A stretch of 64,000 bases of DNA. It comes from a bacterium (lineage in GTDB: Bacteria > Chloroflexota > Dormibacteria > Aeolococcales > Bog-877). The stretch spans positions 7,072 to 71,071 of the forward strand of contig JAKABB010000001.1 in assembly GCA_021802045.1 (NCBI GenBank), read 5' to 3'. Shown piece after piece: positions 16,812 to 26,744 of this stretch (position 1 is the stretch's first letter; the number at the start of each line of letters is the position of its first letter). Position numbers and translations under genes: made by a program. Under the pieces are notes generated by a model that was not told the DNA's origin, searched no databases, and saw only the letters and a list, made by a program, of their open reading frames with translations.

Positions 16812-18026
16812 GTGCTGAAGCGGCTGCGGTGGCCGACCGCGCTACTAGTGGTTGTCGGGGGCCTGGGGGGTGGCTTCGCCGGGTTCCAGGTGACGCGCCC
16901 CCTTCCACGGCCGGTGGAGGTTTCGTCGGTATCGGCAGCGGTCACTCTGCCCGGAACCGCGCCCCACCTGCCGTGGCCGCGAACTGGAGAGGCGGCCGTC
17001 GCCGTCGACGGGATCGGCTTGGTGGGATCGGCCGGAGGCAACCGCCCGATCCCTACGGCCAGCACGGCCAAGATTATGACTGCGTACGTGATCCTGCGCG
17101 CCCATCCCTTGGTGCTGGGGGCCTCCGGGCCGAGCCTGTCTATCAGCCCCGCCGACGTCCACCACTTTCAAGTGGAGCAGGCGGCCAATGACTCGGTCCT
17201 GCCGGTGGCTGCGGGCGAGCACCTCACCGAGTACCAGTTACTGGAGGCGCTGTTGCTGCCGTCGGCCGACAACATCGCCGAGATTCTGGCGCGCTGGGAC
17301 GCCGGCAGCGTGCCGGCCTTCGTGGCCAAGATGAATGCGACGGCCCGCAGGTTGGGCATGGGTTCAACCACCTACGCCGACGCCAGCGGCCTGGACCCAC
17401 GCACCGTCAGTACGCCCGCCGACCTCATCCGGGTCACGGAGGCGGCGCTACGCCTGCCGGTCTTCGCGGCCATCGTCGCCAAGACATCGGCGGTGCTTCC
17501 CGTGGCCGGCCGGGTGACCAACTACAACACGCTCCTCGGCGAGGACGGGATCGTTGGCGTGAAGACCGGCTGGACCCCCAGTTCGGGAGGGGTGCTGGTC
17601 TTTGCAGCCCGCCGGACCGTGGCCGGGCGCTCGCTCATGATCGTGGGGGCGGTCATGGGCCAGCGACGCGGCTACCAGCTGCTGACCGCGCTGACGGTGA
17701 GTTGGCGCTTGGTGGTGGCGACTGAGCGGGTGCTGACGGTTCAGCGGGTGTTGACGGCGGGGACCGTTGTGGGGACGCTCCGCCTGCCCTGGATCCGGCG
17801 CCCGGTCCCGGTGGTCACTGGCGACCTGACGGTAAGGGGGTGGCAGGGCCTCGGCGGCACGATGAGCCTTCAGTGGCGTCGTGCTCGCTGGCACTGGCCG
17901 GCCGCCGCCGGGGTGGTGGTGGGGCGTCTCACGGCTCGGTTCGGCACCGAGCAGATGACGGTGCCCGTACGCCTCGGGCAGCGGGTGCCAGCCCCAACCC
18001 TGCAGTGGCGGCTCACCCGCCCCTGA
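16812..18026 (+). CDS. Serine-type D-Ala-D-Ala carboxypeptidase (peptidase S11, PBP5/6-like)
   Basis: N-terminal TM anchor, SxxK (TASTAKIMTAY), SxN-like (PSADN) and KTG (VGVKTGWT) motifs. Confidence 0.85.
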   Translation: MLKRLRWPTALLVVVGGLGGGFAGFQVTRPLPRPVEVSSVSAAVTLPGTAPHLPWPRTGEAAVAVDGIGLVGSAGGNRPIPTASTAKIMTAYVILRAHPLVLGASGPSLSISPADVHHFQVEQAANDSVLPVAAGEHLTEYQLLEALLLPSADNIAEILARWDAGSVPAFVAKMNATARRLGMGSTTYADASGLDPRTVSTPADLIRVTEAALRLPVFAAIVAKTSAVLPVAGRVTNYNTLLGEDGIVGVKTGWTPSSGGVLVFAARRTVAGRSLMIVGAVMGQRRGYQLLTALTVSWRLVVATERVLTVQRVLTAGTVVGTLRLPWIRRPVPVVTGDLTVRGWQGLGGTMSLQWRRARWHWPAAAGVVVGRLTARFGTEQMTVPVRLGQRVPAPTLQWRLTRP

Positions 18027-18217
18027 ACCCCGCCGGGCCCGGGGCGCACCAGACTCGGCCAGGGGGCTGGCTCTGAGGCGGCTGCCACGCGCTGGCAGGC
18101 ATCTCCGGACGCGCAGATGTTCGACGGAAGGCCAGATGGCTGATAAACTTCCTGGGATCCGGCCTTCCGGGCCTTCGGCCCGCTTCGTGTCCCAGCTCTC
18201 GTCCCCACTCATCGTCC

Positions 18218-20605
18218 ATGGCCAGTACCAAGCGGCGCTCCACCACTCCCCGCCGACGGGCCAGCCCGGCACGCCCACCGGTGCGGGGGCCGCGTGCCCG
18301 CCGGAGCCTCCCCAGGGCCTGGGCGCCCTCGCTGACGGCGGGCCAGCGGCAGGAACTCACCGGGGTGCTGGCCATCGCGGCTGGCCTGGCGCTGCTGGCA
18401 GTGCTGGCGGTCCCCAACGCCCCGGTGGCGGCGGCCGTGGCCCACGCCGGCTTCCGGGGCCTCGGGCTCGGGGCCTGGTTCGCCGGCCTGCTCTTGGCGG
18501 CCATCGGGGTGCAGGAGCTGCGCGGCGGCCGGGCCCGGCGCGGACTCCAGGGCGTCGGTGGAGCGGCGATGGCGGGCACCGCCGCCGTGGGGCTCCTGGC
18601 CGTGTTCCGGGCGGGCGCTGGGGGGTGGTTGGGGGCCCATGTGGGGCCGCCGATGGTGCTGCGGATCGGCCTGCTGGCCACGGTGGTGCTCTTGGTGGCG
18701 GCGGCGGTCGTGGGGCTGGTGCTTGCCGTCGAAGCGAGCCCGTCACGATGGGGGGCCCGTGCGCTGGCCGGCGGACGGTGGCTGGCCCGGAGCGTCGCGC
18801 CTCCCACTCCGTCGGGCACGGAACGTGCCCGCAGCGCTCGAACCGTGCCTGAACCGGAGGCGAAGCCCGCGAGCCGCCCGTCCAGGCGCCTGCTGGAGCA
18901 ACTGGGGTCTGCCGTTGCCGCAGGGCGGTCCGCCGACGGTGCGTCGCCCGCGGTCGGGAGCGATCCGCTGCTGACGTTCGAGCGGTTGTTTGAAGGGCTG
19001 GACGACCAACCGGTGACCACTGGGGACGCGACGCCACTGCTCCTCGCGGGAGCTCCGTCCCGGACCGCGGAGGCTGGAAAGCCAAGCGGCCCAGAGACCG
19101 AGGAGGTGCCGGGAGGTGTCCTGGAGGACGATGAGGAGCCTGAGCCGGCGTGGCAGCTCCCCGGGCTGGACCTGCTCGACGCCACCACCGGCAAGCAGGC
19201 GCGCCTGCGCGAGGAGATCGCGACCCGGATCAAGACCATCGAAGCCACTCTGGAGGCCTTCGGGGTCGACGCAACGGTGGTGAACTTCAGCGCCGGGCCG
19301 ACGGTCACCCAGTACGAGTTGCAGCCGGGCCCCGGCGTGGCCGTCCGGAAGGTCGTCGCCTACCAGACCGACCTCGCGCTGGCGCTGGCCGCCCCGATCC
19401 GGATCCAGGCCCCGATCCCTGGCAAGTCGGCGATCGGGGTGGAGGTTCCCAACAAGGCTGCACAGCTGGTGAGCCTCAAGGATGTGGTCCAGGCCCCGTC
19501 CTTCGCGACGCTGGGGAGCCGCCTGGCCGTCGCCCTCGGTGCGGATGTCAGCGGCCACCCGGTCATCGGCGACCTGGCCAAGATGCCCCACCTCCTCATC
19601 GCTGGCGCGACCGGATCCGGGAAGAGCGTGTGCATCAACGCCGTCCTGGGAGGCTTCCTCCTGCAGTGCAGTCCCAAGGACCTGCGTTTGATCCTGGTCG
19701 ACCCCAAGCGGGTTGAACTCAGCAACTTCGGTGGCCTGCCGCATCTGCTGGTCCCGGTGGTGGTCGAGCCCGACCTGGCCGTGGCCGCCCTGCGCTGGGC
19801 GGTGACCGAGATGGAGAACCGCTACAAGCTGTTCGCGTCCCACGGGGCGCGGAACATTGAGGCCTTCAACGAGCGGGCGCCTGGCCTGGGCCTCCGAGCC
19901 CTCCCGAAGATCGTCATCGTGATCGACGAGCTCGCTGACCTCATGATGGTCTCAGCCAACGAGATCGAGGAGTTGATCTGCCGGATCGCACAGTTGGCCC
20001 GAGCGGTCGGGATCCACCTGCTGGTGGCGACCCAGCGTCCGTCAGCGGACATCATCACCGGCCTGATCAAGGCCAACATCCCGTCCCGGGTGGCCTTCGC
20101 CGTCAGCAGTGGAGTCGACTCCCGCGTGATCCTGGATGAGATGGGGGCTGAGAAGCTCCTCGGGCGGGGCGACATGCTCTACCTGCCGATCGACGCCGGC
20201 AAGGCCACCCGCCTGCAGGGGGCGTACGTCTCGGATCGGGAGCTGGAGCGGCTCATCGGGTGGTGGACCGCCCAGGGGGCACCGCGCTACCAGGAGGAGA
20301 TCCTCGAGGCGACGGCCCTCAGTCCCGGGAACCGGCCCGACGCCGTCCGGCGCGACCCCCTGTTCGGCCGCGCAGCCCGTATCGTGGCAACCGAGGGCCG
20401 GGCAGCGGCCTCCCTGCTGCAGCGCAAGCTCAACGTGGGCTACACCCGTGCCGCACGACTGGTCGACCAGCTGGCCGAGGCTCGGGTCGTTGGCCCCTAC
20501 GAGGGCAGCAAGTCGCGGGACGTCCTCATGTCGCTCCCGGACGTCGACGAACTGTTGGCCCAGTGGGCGGAGGAGCAGCAGGGCCCGCCCCCCGGCGCGC
20601 ACTGA
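18218..20605 (+). CDS. ftsK: DNA translocase FtsK
   Basis: N-terminal TM helices, a Pro/Ala-rich linker, Walker A (IAGATGSGKSVCINA), the VIVIDELADLMM block and a C-terminal winged-helix gamma domain (LLQRKLNVGYTRAARLVDQL). Confidence 0.93.
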   Translation: MASTKRRSTTPRRRASPARPPVRGPRARRSLPRAWAPSLTAGQRQELTGVLAIAAGLALLAVLAVPNAPVAAAVAHAGFRGLGLGAWFAGLLLAAIGVQELRGGRARRGLQGVGGAAMAGTAAVGLLAVFRAGAGGWLGAHVGPPMVLRIGLLATVVLLVAAAVVGLVLAVEASPSRWGARALAGGRWLARSVAPPTPSGTERARSARTVPEPEAKPASRPSRRLLEQLGSAVAAGRSADGASPAVGSDPLLTFERLFEGLDDQPVTTGDATPLLLAGAPSRTAEAGKPSGPETEEVPGGVLEDDEEPEPAWQLPGLDLLDATTGKQARLREEIATRIKTIEATLEAFGVDATVVNFSAGPTVTQYELQPGPGVAVRKVVAYQTDLALALAAPIRIQAPIPGKSAIGVEVPNKAAQLVSLKDVVQAPSFATLGSRLAVALGADVSGHPVIGDLAKMPHLLIAGATGSGKSVCINAVLGGFLLQCSPKDLRLILVDPKRVELSNFGGLPHLLVPVVVEPDLAVAALRWAVTEMENRYKLFASHGARNIEAFNERAPGLGLRALPKIVIVIDELADLMMVSANEIEELICRIAQLARAVGIHLLVATQRPSADIITGLIKANIPSRVAFAVSSGVDSRVILDEMGAEKLLGRGDMLYLPIDAGKATRLQGAYVSDRELERLIGWWTAQGAPRYQEEILEATALSPGNRPDAVRRDPLFGRAARIVATEGRAAASLLQRKLNVGYTRAARLVDQLAEARVVGPYEGSKSRDVLMSLPDVDELLAQWAEEQQGPPPGAH

Positions 20606-20650
20606 CCGCCTGACGCCCCGGGGGAGCCCCTCGGCGGGTACGCTTGGGGG

Positions 20651-21145
20651 GTGGCTGCCAGCGAGTTCTCCTTTGACGTGGTGTCGACCTTTGACCGGCA
20701 GGAGTTGGTCAACGCCGTCCAGCAGGCCCAGCGTGAGGTGGCGACCCGATATGACTTCAAGGACGTCACCGCGGAGATCACCTTGGGGGAGGATGAGATC
20801 ACCCTGCTGGCGGGCTCGGAAGGCCGAGCCCAGGCGATGGTCGATATCATCCAGAGCAAGCTGGTGCGCCGCGGGCTCTCCCTGAAGATCCTGCGCCCCG
20901 GTTCGGTGGAGCCGGCGGCCAAGGGGAACGTGCGGCAGCAGCTCCACCTCCAGAAGGGCATCAGCGACGAGCTGGCCCGGACGCTGGTCAAGCGGGTCAA
21001 GACCAACCACCCCAAGGTGCAGGTGCGAATCCAGGGTGACGAGTTGCGGGTGAGCTCCCGGGACAAGGACCAGCTCCAGGCGGTGATCGCTGACCTGCGG
21101 GCCCTAGACCTGCCGGTCCCGCTTCAGTTCACCAACTACCGCTGA
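20651..21145 (+). CDS. yajQ: YajQ family nucleotide (c-di-GMP)-binding protein
   Basis: FSFDVVSTFDRQELVNAVQQAQREVATRYDFKDV is the canonical UPF0234/YajQ N-terminus. Length is 164 aa. Confidence 0.9.
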   Translation: MAASEFSFDVVSTFDRQELVNAVQQAQREVATRYDFKDVTAEITLGEDEITLLAGSEGRAQAMVDIIQSKLVRRGLSLKILRPGSVEPAAKGNVRQQLHLQKGISDELARTLVKRVKTNHPKVQVRIQGDELRVSSRDKDQLQAVIADLRALDLPVPLQFTNYR

Positions 21146-21151
21146 CCCCTG

Positions 21152-21697
21152 GTGCTGACACGTGCCGCTACGGAGCCCGGGGCGGGGAGCGCTGCCCCGG
21201 CCGCGGACCTGGCGACGCTCTTCCCTGACGCGGGTCGGGTCCTGGAGGCGCTAGCCCGGGCCCCCCGCCGGACCGTCGCCACCGCAGAGTCCTGCACCGG
21301 GGGCCTCTGCGCCGCGGCGCTGACGGCGGTGCCAGGGAGTTCGCGGGTCATGCTCGGCGGCATCGTTGCCTACTCCGATGCGGTGAAGGTCGATTTGCTG
21401 GGGGTGAGCCCACAGCTGCTCCGGGCGGAGGGGGCCGTGAGTGAGGCGGTCGCCCTGGCGATGGCCGATGGCGTGCGAACGCGGCTGGGAGCCGCGCTCG
21501 GAGTGGGTATCACCGGGGTGGCTGGTCCTGGCGCGTCGGAGCGCAAGCCGGCGGGCCTCATCTACCTTGGTGTGGTCGACGGCCGTACCTCGCGGGTCGT
21601 CCGGCTGGCCGACGATGGCGGGCGCCACGGCAACCGGGTGGCGGCGGTTCGGGCCGCCCTGCGCCTCCTCCTCGAGGCGGCTGGTGTCGAACAGTGA
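21152..21697 (+). CDS. CinA C-terminal-domain protein (PncC-type nicotinamide-nucleotide amidohydrolase)
   Basis: Contains [24 protein letters not shown] and YLGVVDG blocks. Only the PncC domain is present, with no MoCF domain. Confidence 0.85.
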   Translation: MLTRAATEPGAGSAAPAADLATLFPDAGRVLEALARAPRRTVATAESCTGGLCAAALTAVPGSSRVMLGGIVAYSDAVKVDLLGVSPQLLRAEGAVSEAVALAMADGVRTRLGAALGVGITGVAGPGASERKPAGLIYLGVVDGRTSRVVRLADDGGRHGNRVAAVRAALRLLLEAAGVEQ

Positions 21698-21724
21698 GGG
21701 GGCGCCACGCGGTCGCCCTCGCGC

Positions 21725-21753
21725 TCGACACGAGTCTCGGGAGCTGGTACCAT
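21725..21753 (+). promoter_or_regulatory. Candidate recA promoter TCGACA-17 nt-TACCAT
   Basis: Hexamers read directly. The spacing is 17 nt, and the SOS box starts 2 nt downstream of the -10. Confidence 0.4.
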
Positions 21754-21755
21754 GG

Positions 21756-21769
21756 CGAACACGCGTTCG
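21756..21769. promoter_or_regulatory. LexA operator (SOS/Cheo box) CGAACACGCGTTCG upstream of recA
   Basis: A perfect CGAAC-N4-GTTCG palindrome lies 62 nt upstream of the recA ATG. It matches the Gram-positive/actinobacterial LexA consensus. Confidence 0.75.
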
Positions 21770-21830
21770 TGGCAAGTGGCCCAGCCAGTGGGAGGGGAGC
21801 GCCTTGACCAGACAACAGGGGAGCCGAACC

Positions 21831-22946
21831 ATGCCCATCACATCCGAGACTCCCGCCCGGGCGGGCGCCACCGCCAAGGAGCAGGCGGCCGCCGCAGCTG
21901 AGAAGGACCGGGCCCTGAGCTCGGCGCTGAGCCAGATCGAGCGCAGTTACGGCAAAGGCGCGATCATGCGCCTGGGGGAGGGAGCCGTCCAGCGGAATAT
22001 CGATGTGATCCCGACCGGCGCGCTCACCCTGGACCTGGCGCTGGGTGTTGGGGGGGTCCCACGGGGTCGGATCATCGAGATCTTCGGGCCGGAGTCGTCG
22101 GGCAAGACCAGCCTGAGCCTGCACATCATCGCCGAGGCCCAGCGTCGGGGTGGGGTGGCCGCTTTCATCGATGCCGAGCACGCCCTTGACCCTGCCTACG
22201 CGGCGCGCCTGGGTGTTCGGACCGAGGAGCTGCTGATCTCCCAGCCAGACACGGGGGAGCAGGCCCTGGAGATCGTTGAGGTGCTCATCCGCAGTCAGGC
22301 GGTGGACGTGGTGGTGGTGGACTCGGTGGCCGCCCTGGTGCCCAAGGCGGAGATCGATGGCGAGATGGGGGACAGTCACGTCGGCCTGCAGGCCCGTCTG
22401 ATGTCTCAGGCCATGCGCAAGCTGACGGCGGCCATCAGCCGCTCCAACTGCGCCGTGATCTTCATCAACCAGCTACGCGAGAAGGTCGGGGTCATGTTCG
22501 GCAATCCCGAGGTGACGACTGGGGGCCGGGCCCTCAAGTTCTATGCCTCGGTGCGCCTCGACATTCGCCGCATCGATTCGCTGAAGCAGGGGCTGGACGT
22601 CATCGGCAGCCGGGTGCGGGTCCGAGTGGTCAAGAACAAGGTCGCCGCGCCCTTCAAGGCGGCAGAGATGGACATCCTCTACAACGAGGGGATCTCCTAC
22701 GCGGGCAGTGTCCTGGACGCCGCTCTGGAGGCCGGCATCGTCGAGAAGAGCGGCGCCTGGTTCAGCTTCGGCGAGGTGCGCCTCGGCCAGGGCCGGGAGA
22801 ACGTCCGCGACTTCCTGAAGGCGAGCCCGGACATCCTGGGGGCGTTGGAGACGGAGGTCCGGGCCAGGGCCCTTGCTGCCACCGTGCCCGTGCCCGGGAT
22901 TCCGGTGGGGAACGGGACGGCGCCGGCCGAGGCCGCGGCCAGCTGA
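21831..22946 (+). CDS. recA: Recombinase A
   Basis: The ATG at 21831 follows CAGGGGAG. Contains [19 protein letters not shown], Walker A ([10 protein letters not shown]) and [17 protein letters not shown]. The 21441 start is spurious and overlaps cinA. Confidence 0.97.
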   Translation: MPITSETPARAGATAKEQAAAAAEKDRALSSALSQIERSYGKGAIMRLGEGAVQRNIDVIPTGALTLDLALGVGGVPRGRIIEIFGPESSGKTSLSLHIIAEAQRRGGVAAFIDAEHALDPAYAARLGVRTEELLISQPDTGEQALEIVEVLIRSQAVDVVVVDSVAALVPKAEIDGEMGDSHVGLQARLMSQAMRKLTAAISRSNCAVIFINQLREKVGVMFGNPEVTTGGRALKFYASVRLDIRRIDSLKQGLDVIGSRVRVRVVKNKVAAPFKAAEMDILYNEGISYAGSVLDAALEAGIVEKSGAWFSFGEVRLGQGRENVRDFLKASPDILGALETEVRARALAATVPVPGIPVGNGTAPAEAAAS

Positions 22947-22951
22947 TCCGG

Positions 22952-22980
22952 GGTCGCGCTCGCAACCTGCGAGGGCGACC
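22952..22980 (+). terminator. Hairpin after recA (12-bp stem with one G.G mismatch, loop AACCT)
   Basis: GGTCGCGCTCGC-AACCT-GCGAGGGCGACC lies 6 nt after the recA stop. There is no U-tract. TAGAAT (-10-like) follows at about 22988. Confidence 0.5.
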
Positions 22981-23098
22981 GCGGCGGTAGAATCAGCCCC
23001 TTAGAAATCCTGCCGGCTGCGGCGGACTCCACGCCGCTGCTGGTTTCACGTGCCGGCTTCGCCTGCGGCGAGCCGCATGTGCCTGTGAGGAGACCCCT

Positions 23099-24652
23099 AT
23101 GCCCGCGTTTGCGGCGATATTGGTCGTTGTCTTCTTGCTGATCGCGGTGGGTGCCGTGATCTATGCCGTCCGTGAGGCGGAGGCCCGTCGGCGCCAGGTG
23201 GTGGAGGGCGCCGAGTCGTTGCGGAGCAGCCGAGCCGAGATCGAGGCGGAGCACAAGGCGGCGGCTCTGGAGCTGAAGGAGGAGGCCCTCAAGATCCGGA
23301 CCGCGCTGGACGAGGAGTTGCGCGCGCGGCGTACCGAGATCGGACAGCAGGAGAAGCGCCTGCAGCAGAAGGAGGAGCAGGTCGACCGGCGGCTGGAGGA
23401 GATCAGCCGACGCCAGGTGGCCCTGGCGGAGAAGGAGGACCAGCTCACCGAGGCCCGTGAGGCCCTGGGGGCGGCGCAGGCTGAGCTGGCCCTGGCCACG
23501 GAGGAGCAGCGACGCGCGCTGGAGCGGATCGCGGGGCTCACTCGCGAGGATGCCCGGCGGGAGCTGCTGGTGGGCTTGGATCGGGAGCTGGTCTCCGAGA
23601 AGGCTGAGCGTATTCGCCGGGCCAACGCCGAGGTGCAGGAGGAGGTGGCGGAGCGCTCCCGGGAGGTGATCATCACCACCATCCAGCGTCACGCCGCCGA
23701 CCAGACCGGCGAGACGTCGGTCTCGGTCGTGCCGCTGCCCAGCGACGAGCTCAAGGGCCGCATCATCGGGCGCGAGGGGCGGAACATTCGTGCCCTGGAG
23801 GCGGCGACGGGGATCGACCTCATCATTGACGACACCCCGGAGGCGGTCATCCTGAGCGGGTTCGACCCGGTCCGGCGCGAGGTGGCGCGGGTGACCCTCA
23901 ACCGCCTCCTTGCCGATGGGCGGATCCATCCTGCGCGGATCGAGGAGACCGTGACCAAGGCACGGGCCGAGGTCGGGGCGCGGATCGTGGAGGAGGGGGA
24001 GGCGGCGCTCTTCGAGATCGGCCTTCAGGGCGTGCATCCCGAACTGGTGAAGCTGGTGGGGACCCTGCGCTTCCGCTACAGCTACGGGCAGAACGTCCTG
24101 GCCCACAGCAAGGAGGTGGCCTTCCTCTCGGGCATGATCGCGGCCGAGCTGGGCTTCGATGAGCGGATCGCCAAGGAGGCCGGCATCCTCCACGACATCG
24201 GCAAGGCGGTGGATCATGAGGTGGAGGGGTCGCACGCCATGATCGGGGGGGAGATCCTGCGCCGGCTCGGCAAGCACCAGCAGGTCATCCATGCGGTCCA
24301 GGCGCATCACTACGACATCGAGCCGACCGGGATGGCGGCCTTCATCGTCCTCAGCGCTGACGCCATCTCCGCCTCACGGCCCGGGGCCCGCCGGGAGACG
24401 CTCTCCAGCTACATCAAGCGTCTGGAGAAGCTGGAGGAGATCGCCAACGGCTTCGAGGGCGTTGAGCGGTCCTTCGCGCTCCAGGCGGGGCGAGAGGTCC
24501 GGATCATGGTCAAGCCCGATCGGGTGGACGACGACGCAGCGACGGTCCTGGCTCGCGACATCGTGCGCCGGATCGAGAACGAGATGAGCTACCCGGGCAC
24601 CATCAAGGTGACGGTGGTCCGGGAGACCAGGGCGGTGGACTACGCGAAGTAG
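23099..24652 (+). CDS. rny: Ribonuclease Y
   Basis: N-terminal TM anchor, a long coiled-coil (EAE/RRQ repeats), a KH domain ([19 protein letters not shown]) and an HD domain ([12 protein letters not shown]). Confidence 0.93.
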   Translation: MPAFAAILVVVFLLIAVGAVIYAVREAEARRRQVVEGAESLRSSRAEIEAEHKAAALELKEEALKIRTALDEELRARRTEIGQQEKRLQQKEEQVDRRLEEISRRQVALAEKEDQLTEAREALGAAQAELALATEEQRRALERIAGLTREDARRELLVGLDRELVSEKAERIRRANAEVQEEVAERSREVIITTIQRHAADQTGETSVSVVPLPSDELKGRIIGREGRNIRALEAATGIDLIIDDTPEAVILSGFDPVRREVARVTLNRLLADGRIHPARIEETVTKARAEVGARIVEEGEAALFEIGLQGVHPELVKLVGTLRFRYSYGQNVLAHSKEVAFLSGMIAAELGFDERIAKEAGILHDIGKAVDHEVEGSHAMIGGEILRRLGKHQQVIHAVQAHHYDIEPTGMAAFIVLSADAISASRPGARRETLSSYIKRLEKLEEIANGFEGVERSFALQAGREVRIMVKPDRVDDDAATVLARDIVRRIENEMSYPGTIKVTVVRETRAVDYAK

Positions 24653-25177
24653 CTCCCCCAAGGCCTGAGCCCTGGCGACCACGGGCCTCAGGGCGCGACT
24701 GGGCGGCATCGGCCAGGCCCCATCAGGGGCCAGGCAGGGCGGAACTCGGGTCCCTCGGGTGGGAGAGGGTCCGGCAGGGCGCTGTGCCGATCGTGTGACG
24801 GATTGGCCGCGAAGCGACGAGGGCAAATGCATCCGTCAGTTCGCCACCGTACACTGCGGGCAGGTCGCTGGAGGGGAGAGTCCGGCGATGGCGGTGATGG
24901 GGTGGATAGCCCCCGGGGTGGTGACCATGTTGACCAGGCGGGTCCCGGGCGGGGGCTGGCGGTCTTGGGCAGCCGTGGGTCGGATCCTGCCTGCATCACG
25001 CCACCTAGGCCAGCGGGGGGGCCGCCGGTGACTGTGCGGAGCCTCTGGAGGTCCACGCCTCCCGCAGCGGCGCGCGGGCCAAGCCGCCGTTGGCAGTGGC
25101 TGCTGGCCGTTGTCGCCCGCCCGCCGGCCACCCGGGTCGCCCGGCGCGCCCCCGCCCACCCGACAGGCCTCCGCTTG

Positions 25178-26482
25178 ATGATCGCCGGGACGGGGATCGC
25201 CGCTGCCGCGTTGGCTGTAACGCTGGTCCGTTTCCATGGCAACCTGCTGGACTTGGCGGTGGTCGCCTTGGCCGTTCTCCTATTTGAGGCGCAGGCCAGG
25301 TCCTTTCGCGCCGGCGGAGCCAAGGTCCAGTTCAGCGGGCATGCGGCTGTCGGGGTGGCTGGCTCCTTCCTCTTCGGGTATCCGGTGGCTCTTGTGGCAG
25401 GTCTCGCCTTCGTTCTGGGCTCCGTGTGGCGGCGAGCCTCGGACCTCGACAAGCTGGTTTTCAATGCCTCCATGAGCGTGCTGATGTACTCAGCCGCATT
25501 CGCGACATTCTCAGGTCTTCAGGAAGTCGGTGACCATACGGTCGCATTCCTTCTCCTGGCAGGCATGGCAGGAGGGATTGTCTGCTGGTTGACCAACATG
25601 TCGCTCATCGCAGCGGTTGTGTGGTTGGAGCAGGGATCCAAGCCGTTGGGACGGGGCTCGGTTCTGGGTGGAGTTGCACACCTGATTCCCTACTACCTGG
25701 TGTACGGCCTCACCGGGGTTGGTGTTGTCGCGGCCAGCCACGAGGTTGGCCCGATCGCCGCCCTCATCACCTTCACGGCGCCGATCATCATCATCCAGGT
25801 CGCCACCAGCCGTTGGGTGCACGAGCAGGAGGCGCATGCGCATGCTGTGGCGGAGGGCTTCAATGCCACACTCATCAGCCTGTCTAAGGCCATTGACCTC
25901 CGGGATCACGAGACGGAGGGGCATTGCCGCCGGGTGGTGGAGTACACCCGGCTGATGGCGGTCCGCATGGGAATCACCGGGTCCGAGTTGACCCGCCTTT
26001 GTCACGGTGCACTTCTGCACGACATCGGGAAGATCGGGGTTCCAGACGGAATTCTCCACAAGCCTGGGGCGCTGACAGAGGCAGAGTGGCAGGTCATTCG
26101 CCAGCATCCAGAGCTGGGAGCCCAGATGGTGGCGGACGTGGAGCAGTTGGAGCATGCCCGCATGGTCATCACCAACCACCATGAGCGGTATGACGGGAGC
26201 GGGTACCCGCGCGGCCTCAGGGGAGAGGCCATCCCGCTGGGAGCTCGCATCTTCGCGATTGCAGACAGTTTCGATGCCATGACGTCGACTCGGCCCTATC
26301 GCAAGGGGCTCGGCCTAGCCGGGGCCCGCCAGGAGCTTCGGAGGTGTGCGGGGAGCGACTTCGACCCACAGTGTGTGGAGGTCTTCTTGAGCTTCTCCGA
26401 CGAGGAGGTCGAAAGGGTGATTAAACAGCGCGAGCAGGCCGACATGGACCTGCTCGCCGCTCTTCCGATACTGCGTTCGTAG
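25178..26482 (+). CDS. Membrane-anchored HD-GYP domain phosphodiesterase (c-di-GMP-type)
   Basis: About 240 aa of polytopic N-terminus, then HALLHDIGKIGVPDGIL...HHERYDGSGYPRGL. The start is uncertain: the ATG at 25178 precedes the first TM, and the track ORF starts at 24803 in low-quality sequence. Confidence 0.85.
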   Translation: MIAGTGIAAAALAVTLVRFHGNLLDLAVVALAVLLFEAQARSFRAGGAKVQFSGHAAVGVAGSFLFGYPVALVAGLAFVLGSVWRRASDLDKLVFNASMSVLMYSAAFATFSGLQEVGDHTVAFLLLAGMAGGIVCWLTNMSLIAAVVWLEQGSKPLGRGSVLGGVAHLIPYYLVYGLTGVGVVAASHEVGPIAALITFTAPIIIIQVATSRWVHEQEAHAHAVAEGFNATLISLSKAIDLRDHETEGHCRRVVEYTRLMAVRMGITGSELTRLCHGALLHDIGKIGVPDGILHKPGALTEAEWQVIRQHPELGAQMVADVEQLEHARMVITNHHERYDGSGYPRGLRGEAIPLGARIFAIADSFDAMTSTRPYRKGLGLAGARQELRRCAGSDFDPQCVEVFLSFSDEEVERVIKQREQADMDLLAALPILRS

Positions 26483-26744
26483 ATAGATCGAACTACCAGC
26501 TGACCATTACTGTGACCCCACTCCCCGGCTGCGTCCCCTGCTGCGACTGATCCCAGCGCGGCCGCTGCGATCTGTGAACAAAGTCAGCGTAGCGACTGAC
26601 AAGTAGGCCACGGGCAAGTAACGGTCAGGTTACGAGCGCGTCAGCCCCACAGTTGCCGGAAGATCCTGAAGCTTTCGGAAAGGACGCTCCGGCCGGGCGG
26701 AGGGCATACGCCTATACTGCGCGCCAATCTTCCGGACAGCAGGA

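Noticed and set aside
21441-21830. N-terminal extensions offered by the ORF track for several genes: recA (21441), pnp (10774), glpA (39275), glpB (40813), glpC (41760), mutL (32254), miaB (28333), lexA (37813), glgE (61501), pep2 (58125), MFS (54577), GT4 (46592), the cupredoxin (2214) and DUF3090 (38).
   Set aside because: The extensions overlap upstream genes or have non-protein composition. Internal starts with Shine-Dalgarno sequences coincide with the conserved N-termini of each family.
24815-24935. A c-di-GMP riboswitch upstream of the HD-GYP gene, suggested by a GGGCAAA element.
   Set aside because: The GEMM-I hallmarks (GACGCAAAGC, the tetraloop-receptor arrangement) are not present. 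This is a by-eye comparison only.
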